DNA of 64,000 nt from Desulfobacterales bacterium (lineage in GTDB: Bacteria > Desulfobacterota > UBA8473), in assembly GCA_016209225.1 (NCBI GenBank), contig JACQWO010000092.1:24511-88510 (forward strand), written 5' to 3'. Below the pieces are notes generated by a model. The model worked only from the letters and a program-made list of their open reading frames with translations, did not search any database and was not told where the DNA came from. Shown piece after piece: positions 17,738 through 25,509 of the stretch. How positions within the stretch are numbered: position 1 is the stretch's first letter; each line of letters opens with the position of its first letter. The position numbers and the translations under genes are program-made.

Positions 17738-20077
17738 ATGAACGAAGAGATACGGATAGGGGTATATGTCTGCCATTGCGGTAAGAACATCGCAGCGGTG
17801 GTAGACACGTCCGCTGTGGCTGATTTTGCATCATCTTTGAATGATGTAGTTGTAGCCAGGGAGAATACCTATTGCTGCGCTGAAACCGGTCAAGCCCAGA
17901 TTAGAGATGACATAAAGGAACACAACCTCAATCGGGTTGTGGTAGCCTCATGTTCTCCTAAACTCCACGAGCCCACCTTCAGAAGAACAGTAACAGAAGC
18001 CGGTCTGAATCCCTATCTAATGGAAATGGTAAATATCAGGGAGCACTGCTCCTGGGTCCATATGCGTGAGCACGATGCAGCGACGAAAAAGGCTATGGAC
18101 CTGGTTAAAATGGGGGTAGCAAAGGCAAGGCTTCTTCAACCATTGAGTGATAGAGAAGTGCCTACCACAAAGAATGCTCTGGTTATCGGTGGCGGTATTG
18201 CAGGGCTTCAGGCAGCCTCTGATATAGCCAATGCAGGTCATCATGTATATCTGGTCGAAAAGTCTCCTACCCTGGGAGGTAAGGTAGCCCAACTGTCGGG
18301 AGTCTCCTCAGGTTACCAATCCCCGGAATGCTTGCTTATTCCCAGGATGACAGAGGCAATGACCCACCCGAATATTGAGGTGTTCACAAACGCTGAGGTA
18401 AAGTCCGTAGATGGATATATAGGCAACTTCAAAGTTAAAATCATAAAACACCCCGGATATGTCAAGGAGAGCTGTATCCTGTGCGGTGAATGCAGCGCTG
18501 TATGCCCGGTAGAGGTGGCAAATGAGTTCAATGCAGGAATGGATTTTAGAAAGGCTGTCTACCTTCCCTTTGATCAGGCTACCCCTTCTACCTATGTGGT
18601 AGATATGGACCATTGTACAAGGTGTGGTCTCTGTGTTGAGAGCTGTCCTGTAGATGCTATAGATTTGGAAGAGGGAGAAGAGGAATTTGAGCTTGAGGTT
18701 GGCAGTATCATAGTGGCAACGGGTTTTGAATCCTTCGATCCCCAGAATAAGCCAAAGTACAGTTACAGTCAATTCAAGAACGTAATAACCTCACTTCAAT
18801 TGGAGAGGATGCTGGATCCTGAAGGGCCAACGGATGGCAAACCCCTAAGGCCTTCTGATGGCAGGAAACCCACAAAAATCGCCTTTATACAATGTGTTGG
18901 CTCCAGGGAGGAAGACGGGAACCAGTACTGTTCAAAAATTTGCTGCATGTCAACGATAAAACAGGCAAAGATACTAAAGTCCCTCTTCCCGGAGGCTGAT
19001 ATAACTGTGTATTATAGGGATATCAGGATTCCCAGGAGAGAGTTTGAGGAGATGTACAGAGAGGTCAGAGAGGCTGGAGTCCTTTTTGTAAGAGGAACAA
19101 TCAAGGATGTGTCGGAAACAGAGGATAATAACCTGCTGATAAGTGTATACAGCGATACTTTAAACGACTTAATCGTTCAAGACGTTGAAATGGTGATACT
19201 GGCTGTGGGGCTTGAGCATTGTAAGGATGGGGATTTGATAAAGGGAATAGTGAAGATTCCCACAAGCCCTGACGGCTTTTTTATGGAGGCCCATCCGAAG
19301 CTTAAGCCCATAGATACCGTTATTGACGGAGTGTATCTGGCTGGCGCCTGTCTGAGTCCTAAAGACATTCCTGAGTCTGTAGCCCAGGCAAGCGGGGCGG
19401 CAGCCAAGGTATGCGGTCTTTTCTCCAAAGACAGATTGAAGCTTGATGGTATAATATCGAAGGTGGATACAGATGTGTGCATTGGATGCGGGATTTGCAT
19501 AAAACAATGTCCCTTTCATGCCATCATGGAAGATGAAATTGAAGGAGAAAAGAAGGCAAGGGTTGTTGAGGCAGCATGTAAGGGGTGCGGTGTGTGTGCA
19601 GGAGCATGCCCGACAGGGGCAATAGAGGCGCTCAGCTTTACAACCGAACAGCTACATGCCCAGATAGATGCAGCACTGGAAGAGAATCCGGGAGAGAAGA
19701 TAATCGCTTTCTGCTGTAATTGGTGTTCCTATGCCGGTGCGGATTTTGCCGGTGTGTCCCGACTGCAGTATCCAACCAATGTGAGGATAATCCGTACCAT
19801 GTGTTCCGGCAGGTTGAGTAAGGACATCATACTCTATGCCTTTGAAAAGGGTGCGGGGATGGTCCTCGTCTCAGGGTGCCATCCACCTGGGGATTGCCAT
19901 TATGTATCCGGCAATTATAGGTGCGAAGAACGGGTGAATTCTTTAATGAAGACCCTGCCTAAGAAGGGTATAGACACTAAAAGGCTCAGGTTGGAATGGA
20001 TATCCGCTGCTGAGGGGGTTGTGTTTCAGAGGGTTACCAAAGAGATGGCAAATCAGTTGAAGGATTTAAAGGGGTAA
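17738..20077 (+). CDS. hdrA: HdrA-like FAD/Fe-S oxidoreductase fused to a C-terminal MvhD domain
   Basis: 779 aa; GGGIAGLQAA FAD motif, internal ferredoxin CxxCxxC motifs. The C-terminus IIAFCCNWCSYAGAD...VSGCHPPGDCHY is MvhD-like. Confidence 0.85.
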   Translation: MNEEIRIGVYVCHCGKNIAAVVDTSAVADFASSLNDVVVARENTYCCAETGQAQIRDDIKEHNLNRVVVASCSPKLHEPTFRRTVTEAGLNPYLMEMVNIREHCSWVHMREHDAATKKAMDLVKMGVAKARLLQPLSDREVPTTKNALVIGGGIAGLQAASDIANAGHHVYLVEKSPTLGGKVAQLSGVSSGYQSPECLLIPRMTEAMTHPNIEVFTNAEVKSVDGYIGNFKVKIIKHPGYVKESCILCGECSAVCPVEVANEFNAGMDFRKAVYLPFDQATPSTYVVDMDHCTRCGLCVESCPVDAIDLEEGEEEFELEVGSIIVATGFESFDPQNKPKYSYSQFKNVITSLQLERMLDPEGPTDGKPLRPSDGRKPTKIAFIQCVGSREEDGNQYCSKICCMSTIKQAKILKSLFPEADITVYYRDIRIPRREFEEMYREVREAGVLFVRGTIKDVSETEDNNLLISVYSDTLNDLIVQDVEMVILAVGLEHCKDGDLIKGIVKIPTSPDGFFMEAHPKLKPIDTVIDGVYLAGACLSPKDIPESVAQASGAAAKVCGLFSKDRLKLDGIISKVDTDVCIGCGICIKQCPFHAIMEDEIEGEKKARVVEAACKGCGVCAGACPTGAIEALSFTTEQLHAQIDAALEENPGEKIIAFCCNWCSYAGADFAGVSRLQYPTNVRIIRTMCSGRLSKDIILYAFEKGAGMVLVSGCHPPGDCHYVSGNYRCEERVNSLMKTLPKKGIDTKRLRLEWISAAEGVVFQRVTKEMANQLKDLKG

Positions 20078-20080
20078 AGG

Positions 20081-21736
20081 ATGAATAAAACCGGCATATT
20101 TCTATGTGTATGTCCGTCTATAATTTCAGCTATTGATATAGAAAAGACTGCAAAAAGTATAGAGCTAGCCAATACAGTTGTGTACTCCCATAGGTATCTC
20201 TGTTCACAAAGGGGATTGAGGTTTTTAGATGATTGTGTCGAGAAGGAAAAACTCGGTCGCATATTCATTGTGGCCTGTTCAGAGGATATTCACCGTCATG
20301 TCTTTGAAGGGGCATCTTCATCGAAAGGATATAGCATAGAATACATTGACATAGGAAAGGTTAAGGATGAAAAGGGTCTCATAGATTTAATAAAAGAAAG
20401 GCTGAAAGAGGACAGAGGGAAAACCATCGAGAAAGAGATAATGACCAGGGATGTCCTTGTAGTGGGTGGGGGTGTAGGTGGGGTTCAGGCTGCCCTGGAT
20501 ATCGCTGAAGAGGGTTACAGGGTTTATGTGGTTGAGAGTTCCCTGTCTGTTGGTGGTGTCATGGCTCAGCTCGACAAGACGTTTCCCACCATGGACTGTT
20601 CTATATGTATCCTTGGGCCAAAGCTCGTGGATGCCGGTAAACACCCCATCATCGAGTTAATAACAAATGCCGACATAAAGAGCATAACAGGCAAGGCAGG
20701 GAATTTCAATGTAGAGGTTGAAATAAAACCAAGGTATGTGGATATGGAGAAGTGCAACGGATGTAGCGCCTGTGTCGAGGTCTGTCCTGTGATATTGCCT
20801 AACGAATGGGACCTGAATTTAAAGTCCAGGAAGTGCATTTATGTGATGTTTGCCCAGTCTGTCCCCTTGAGATATACAATAGACAAAGAAAAGTGTATTG
20901 AGTGCGAACTGTGTAAGAAGGTCTGCAAATTGGATGCTATAAACCTCAACGAAGAACCAAAGAGGCGAACCTTAAACGTGGGGGCCATCGTTCTATCTAC
21001 AGGTACCGAGACATTCGATGCCTCCAGGAAAGAACAGTATGGATATGGCAGGGTGAAGAATGTAGTTACCAATATCGAGTTTGAGCGCATAGTGTGTGCA
21101 TCAGGCCCCACCAGTGGGGAACTCATAAGACCGGATGGTAAGCATATAAAGAAGGTTGCTTTTATTCAATGTGTCGGCTCCAGGGATTCACACTTCCACG
21201 AGTACTGTTCCTCTTACTGCTGTATGGCGAGTATAAAAGAGGGCAGACTGGTTATGGAGCACGAGCAGGATGCAGAGGTGTGGATATTCTATAATGACCT
21301 TCGCGCCTTTGGGAAGGGGTTTGAAGAGCTCTATGTACGGTCGGAAAAAGAAGGGATGAAGTTTGTTAAGGGTCTGCCTGGTGAGATAAGAGAGAATCCT
21401 GTAACTGAAAATCCCATTGTAGTATTTGAAGACCCGAAGGACGGGAAGCATAGTGAGGTTGAGTTTGATATGGTGGTCTTGGCAGTGGCGTTAGAACCTT
21501 CGGAACAAAATGCCCGCCTCGCTGAGATGCTCGATCTGGAGACCGACTCCCACGGTTTTTTCAAAGAGTTGGATTCCACTTCAATGCCTCTGGAGACCTC
21601 CAATAGGGGGGTATTTTTAGCCGGTACCTGCCAGGGGCCTAAGGATATACCGGAGACAGTCGCTCAGGCCAGCGGGGCAGCGGCAAAGGTGTGTGGGCTG
21701 TTTTCAGAGATAAACCAGACAGCAAAGAGGTTGTGA
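20081..21736 (+). CDS. hdrA: HdrA-like FAD/Fe-S oxidoreductase (second paralog, no MvhD domain)
   Basis: 551 aa; VVGGGVGGVQAALD, DCSICILGP, ferredoxin motifs; 3-nt gap after the previous gene. Confidence 0.85.
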   Translation: MNKTGIFLCVCPSIISAIDIEKTAKSIELANTVVYSHRYLCSQRGLRFLDDCVEKEKLGRIFIVACSEDIHRHVFEGASSSKGYSIEYIDIGKVKDEKGLIDLIKERLKEDRGKTIEKEIMTRDVLVVGGGVGGVQAALDIAEEGYRVYVVESSLSVGGVMAQLDKTFPTMDCSICILGPKLVDAGKHPIIELITNADIKSITGKAGNFNVEVEIKPRYVDMEKCNGCSACVEVCPVILPNEWDLNLKSRKCIYVMFAQSVPLRYTIDKEKCIECELCKKVCKLDAINLNEEPKRRTLNVGAIVLSTGTETFDASRKEQYGYGRVKNVVTNIEFERIVCASGPTSGELIRPDGKHIKKVAFIQCVGSRDSHFHEYCSSYCCMASIKEGRLVMEHEQDAEVWIFYNDLRAFGKGFEELYVRSEKEGMKFVKGLPGEIRENPVTENPIVVFEDPKDGKHSEVEFDMVVLAVALEPSEQNARLAEMLDLETDSHGFFKELDSTSMPLETSNRGVFLAGTCQGPKDIPETVAQASGAAAKVCGLFSEINQTAKRL

Positions 21737-21783
21737 GGAGATTATTAATTATTTGTAATGATTTCGGTGATATATGTTATATT

Positions 21784-21813
21784 GGGAATTATAAGCTGAA
21801 TAGACGAAATAAA
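21784..21813. repeat. Direct repeat copy 1 (GGGAATTATAAGCTGAATAGACGAAATAAA; extended match from 21771)
   Basis: Repeated at 22791-22820 with one mismatch. The pair brackets the HEPN/MNT cassette. Confidence 0.5.
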
Positions 21814-21826
21814 CACCAACCTATCG

Positions 21827-22135
21827 ATGGAAAGCACAACAATGAAAACTTTTAATGAAATCAAGAAGAGATTGTCCGAACAAAAACCAATTCTCCTAAA
21901 AAAATATAAAGTTAACCGCTTAGGCGTTTTTGGTTCGTATGTTCGAGGAGATCAACATCAAGGCAGTGATCTTGATGTGTTGATAGATTATGAAGATGCT
22001 CCAAGCCTCATTACTTTGATAGAATTGGAATACTACCTGAGTGAAATCGTTGGGGTAAAAGTGGACTTGGTAACTAATAAAGGTATAAAACCTCAACTCA
22101 AGGACTCTATTATCAAAGAGGTGGTTTACGTATGA
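21827..22135 (+). CDS. Nucleotidyltransferase (MNT) antitoxin of a HEPN/MNT pair
   Basis: 102 aa; LGVFGSYVRGDQHQGSDLDVLID is the minimal nucleotidyltransferase GS...DxD motif. Confidence 0.85.
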   Translation: MESTTMKTFNEIKKRLSEQKPILLKKYKVNRLGVFGSYVRGDQHQGSDLDVLIDYEDAPSLITLIELEYYLSEIVGVKVDLVTNKGIKPQLKDSIIKEVVYV

Positions 22136-22494
22136 CTCAGAGGACTGTTTTACATTTTCTTGAAGATATCTTGAAGGCAACCGATGCTATTTACGAGTTT
22201 GTGCTCGATATGAATTATGAGGCTTTCGCAAACGATGAGAAAACAATCCGTGCCGTAGAGAGAGAATTTGAGATTATTGGAGAAGCTGTTAAAAAAATTC
22301 CTGACTCGTTTACTAAAAAATATCCTGATATACCTTGGCGATCGGTTGCAGGGATGAAAGATCGTTTAACTCATCACTACTGGGAAACAGAAGCCGACAT
22401 TCTATGGAAAACGATTAAAGAATCTGTGCCACAATTAAAAGCGATCATCAAAAAAATGATCGAGAATGAGAGCATGGAAAAAAGATCCATGTAA
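22132..22494 (+). CDS. HEPN-domain toxin (HepT/DUF86)
   Basis: 120 aa; RLTHHYW fits the Rx4-6H HEPN motif; 4-nt overlap with the MNT gene. Confidence 0.85.
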   Translation: MTQRTVLHFLEDILKATDAIYEFVLDMNYEAFANDEKTIRAVEREFEIIGEAVKKIPDSFTKKYPDIPWRSVAGMKDRLTHHYWETEADILWKTIKESVPQLKAIIKKMIENESMEKRSM

Positions 22495-22527
22495 CGGGGC
22501 ATGTAACGGGCATGGCCATGTAACGGG
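22488..22527. repeat. Three tandem copies of CATGTAACGGGG starting at the HEPN stop codon
   Basis: catgtaacgggg catgtaacggg catggc catgtaacgggg. Confidence 0.5.
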
Positions 22528-22696
22528 GTCGGGCCACAGCAAGTATCGGATATTGGAACGAATAATTCAGAACTGTCCCCCTGAAATGGGCATATAATGT
22601 TCTTTTCGGGGCTGAAAAAGAGGATATAGTCTCCGAAAACACATATTCCTGGAACTGTAAACCATAAGAATCAACTACATACCTTGGCCCGACCCC
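22525..22696 (+). ncRNA. Candidate structured RNA bounded by a perfect 12-nt inverted repeat (GGGGTCGGGCCA ... TGGCCCGACCCC); possible retron msr/msd (a2/a1-like)
   Basis: The 12-nt inverted repeat flanks about 150 nt, the geometry of the Ec86 a1/a2 pair. It lies upstream of the PRTase gene. Confidence 0.25.
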
Positions 22697-22790
22697 AGGA
22701 ACCACCTTGCAATAAATGTCACAACAGGGATTACTAACAAGGGTTATTCAAGCACTTGAAGAAAACAGAATCCAATATATGATAACAGGT

Positions 22791-22820
22791 GGGAATTATA
22801 AGCTGAATAGACAAAATAAA
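22791..22820. repeat. Direct repeat copy 2 (GGGAATTATAAGCTGAATAGACAAAATAAA)
   Basis: See 21784-21813. Confidence 0.5.
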
Positions 22821-22916
22821 TTGTTATGGCATAGAGATCTAAATTAACCCTTCGGGTTGTGGTGTTATATAGAAACTTTAGAATAACTTGTTAGGGTAAA
22901 AATATAAGGAGGGATC

Positions 22917-24671
22917 ATGGCAAGTACGGTCGAAAAACTTCTTAGAGATAATGGATACTATTTATCTGACGGTCACTATAAGCTAGTTAGTGGGCGACAT
23001 TCGAATGCATATGTTCAGGCAAGAATATCTCTTATGGATCCAAAAATAAATAGTGAATTTCGCACTATATCTACAGAGTTAATTCGTGACCAGAATGTCT
23101 CTGCAGTAGCAGGATTTACAGTAGGAGGCCTACTACTCGCTGATGAAATCGCAAAATATACAAAACTTCCATTGGTAGTCGGGTATAAACCAATGAACGA
23201 TGTAGAATGGCTTGGTGCAGAAAACATTCGAGTTAATTCCAAAGTTCTTTTAGTTGATGATGTTTTAACAACGGCTTCACAGATAAGAACTGCTATACGT
23301 AGTCTTGAAGATATTAGTAATATCAGTGAACTCTTAATATTAGTCGCCGTTGACCGAAGCAATGGAGACTTGAAGATTAAATTTAGGGATGATGAAGTTA
23401 GGATATTGGACTGTATCAAAATTCCTTTATCATCATTTAATCCGAGTGAATGTCCTTCATGCTTTGCTGGGATACCTACAACTGACTTATCTAATCCTGA
23501 AAAAGACGTTGTATCTGTCGTTCTCACGCAACCTCGAGACAAATCTGACTTTATTTTAAAAGGTTATGAAAAAGTATATAAAATGCAACGAGACCAAAAG
23601 TCATTAGATGAAATGAAGGCGTGGAAATTATGGATGCCTGTACTTTTAGCAGGATTACCTATGGCAAGAGCAAAAGAAGATAGTAGTTTGATAAAGTTTG
23701 TAAGCTATTTAACGACTATAGCAGGAGAGCATAATATCAAACCGAGAGTACTCAGTGAGATAATAGGTCAGCTAATAAGGTTATCGTCAATACGAGTTGA
23801 ATCTAGGGCCATTGGCTGTTCTATGATTGTTGGCAATATAGATGAAATCGGTAATATCCTTGAATCAAGGGCGAGAGTTAGAATGCCAATAAATATAAAC
23901 CATGAAAAGCTAACAGAGCTTGTACCACACTTCGATGCACTGTTAGAAACAAATTATGCTATCGTGTTAAGCAATGATGGAAAAGCAATAGACTTCCGAA
24001 GACTCAATTTTAGTAGATCAAGACGCTATATAGAAGGCATAGAGTTAGTACGTTTTGTTACTGCAAATTCTCGGTCCATCGGTTTTGTTCTCAGGCGAGG
24101 AAGGAGTGCTATTGCTGTATATAATAATGGACGACTTGAGGCTATTGGTGAATTATCTGAAAGAAGTGGGCTTTGGGAATTTTCTAGGCCAATGGATAGG
24201 ATAGAAGAAATTCAATCAATATTAAAAAGAAATGTTCAAGAGTTACTTTTAACTTTGGTAGAAGCGTCAAGAGAACTAGTTGCTAGAGGGCATGGTGCAC
24301 TATTTGTGGTTGGTAACGTAGACTCTTTAAACCATACAGTGCCCAAAATTGAAATTGAACCTCAGAATATTAAAGACATGACAATAGAAGATTTAGTTGA
24401 ATTAGCAAAACTTGACGGTGCAGTATTGATAACTGAAGACGGCAGATTACTTCAAGCCACTGTCATATTGAAGAATCGAGATGAAGGGACCTTTGCAGGT
24501 CAACAAGCTGGTACTACGCATGGTGGCAGTCGGAAAGAAACGGCAATAAGAACAAGCATAGAATGCCCAAATTGCGCGGTGATTAATATTTCTCAAAATG
24601 GTGCTATTGAAATATATGTTCACGGAGAGTCATGGCCAATTTCTGAATCATTTTCAGGATTGTCACGATGA
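22917..24671 (+). CDS. Phosphoribosyltransferase-domain protein fused to two degenerate diadenylate-cyclase (DAC/DisA_N)-like domains; putative retron/defence effector
   Basis: 584 aa; PRTase PRPP loop NSKVLLVDDVLTTASQI. The C-terminus ELVARGHGALFVVGN...LDGAVLITEDGRLLQATVIL...GTTHGGSRKETAIRTSIECPNCAVINISQNGAIEIYVHGE aligns with CdaA but lacks RHR. An earlier degenerate copy is present. Candidate -35/-10 at 22857-22884 and a strong RBS. Confidence 0.7.
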   Translation: MASTVEKLLRDNGYYLSDGHYKLVSGRHSNAYVQARISLMDPKINSEFRTISTELIRDQNVSAVAGFTVGGLLLADEIAKYTKLPLVVGYKPMNDVEWLGAENIRVNSKVLLVDDVLTTASQIRTAIRSLEDISNISELLILVAVDRSNGDLKIKFRDDEVRILDCIKIPLSSFNPSECPSCFAGIPTTDLSNPEKDVVSVVLTQPRDKSDFILKGYEKVYKMQRDQKSLDEMKAWKLWMPVLLAGLPMARAKEDSSLIKFVSYLTTIAGEHNIKPRVLSEIIGQLIRLSSIRVESRAIGCSMIVGNIDEIGNILESRARVRMPININHEKLTELVPHFDALLETNYAIVLSNDGKAIDFRRLNFSRSRRYIEGIELVRFVTANSRSIGFVLRRGRSAIAVYNNGRLEAIGELSERSGLWEFSRPMDRIEEIQSILKRNVQELLLTLVEASRELVARGHGALFVVGNVDSLNHTVPKIEIEPQNIKDMTIEDLVELAKLDGAVLITEDGRLLQATVILKNRDEGTFAGQQAGTTHGGSRKETAIRTSIECPNCAVINISQNGAIEIYVHGESWPISESFSGLSR

Positions 24672-24691
24672 TAAAAACCCTAACCCATAAG

Positions 24692-24762
24692 GTTTGATCT
24701 GACCGGGCGACGTGAATAGAGTATAAAAAGCTGAGCTTTCGCTCCCGGTCAGAATCAAACCA
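24692..24762 (+). ncRNA. Long hairpin (17-bp stem GGTTTGATCTGACCGGG / CCCGGTCAGAATCAAACC, 36-nt loop) in the 269-bp gap upstream of the NDT-like and RT genes; second msd-like candidate
   Basis: Imperfect only by one bulged A. It is followed by a 10-bp inverted repeat ATGCGTAACC / GGTTACGCAT at 24789-24798 / 24868-24877, and has no T-run after it. Confidence 0.3.
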
Positions 24763-24940
24763 TTGTTCAACAACAGCATGCACATGAATGCGTAACCGCA
24801 AGGTGCTTTTTGGCTTTTGATTATTTTACTTTTGCAAAGCATCTTTGAGCATGTTTACAAGATACAGGTTACGCATCAGTGATGCTCGCGTTAGACATAT
24901 AAATAATTAAAGATCATGGCTGGTGTAACATCAAGAAATT

Positions 24941-25507
24941 ATGAGTGATATCAAAGAATCAATAACAAGATTTGGCAATGATTTAGAGGATATTTTCTCA
25001 GAACGTAGAGCTGTTGTTTTTCTCTGCGGCCCGTCTTCCAAAGACCTAGATCATCCTGGTGCACAATTACGCGTCGACCTTGAGGAAGCATTAAAGCAAG
25101 AAGGCTTCGAGGTGATTCTAGGAGAGGATGATGGGCTTGAAAGCCTCAGGCATAAATATAGTAACTATGCACATGAAAATGAATTGATGTTTATTCAAAA
25201 ACACTGCAATGCAGTGATCCTTATCGCTTCTAGTGTTGGTGCCTACTGTGAATTGGGTTTATTTTCTTACAAAAAAGTTCATGACTTAGAAAGCATGACG
25301 GATTTTATTTTAATAATTAGCAATGAATATGAAAATGTACAATCTTTTTTAATCGAGGGACCAGCTGCTGCTATCGATGATTTTGGGAAAGTTTTTTACG
25401 GAGACTTATCTAATTTTGATTATAGCAATATTATTAAAAGGTTGAGGCGGAGGCGCTCTGTTTATTTTACAAGTCACAAAGGTCGTCCACCTTCATTTAA
25501 TGAATAA
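24941..25507 (+). CDS. Nucleoside 2-deoxyribosyltransferase-like (NDT-like) protein, the effector class of type II retrons
   Basis: 188 aa; AVVFLCGP (compare IYLAGP) and AVILIASSVGAYCELGLF (compare DSGTAFELGYA); 2-nt gap to the RT gene. Confidence 0.65.
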   Translation: MSDIKESITRFGNDLEDIFSERRAVVFLCGPSSKDLDHPGAQLRVDLEEALKQEGFEVILGEDDGLESLRHKYSNYAHENELMFIQKHCNAVILIASSVGAYCELGLFSYKKVHDLESMTDFILIISNEYENVQSFLIEGPAAAIDDFGKVFYGDLSNFDYSNIIKRLRRRRSVYFTSHKGRPPSFNE

Positions 25508-25509
25508 CG

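Noticed and set aside
22488-22527. CRISPR array (tandem CATGTAACGGGG, CCCTGAT, CTAAAGT repeats)
   Set aside because: The units are 7-12 nt with no unique spacers of CRISPR size, and no cas genes are present.
24692-24762. Interpreting the 17-bp hairpin simply as the Rho-independent terminator of the PRTase gene
   Set aside because: Not fully rejected, but no T-run follows the stem (ATTGTTCAAC) and the 36-nt loop is atypical for a terminator. It is kept as a structured-RNA candidate.
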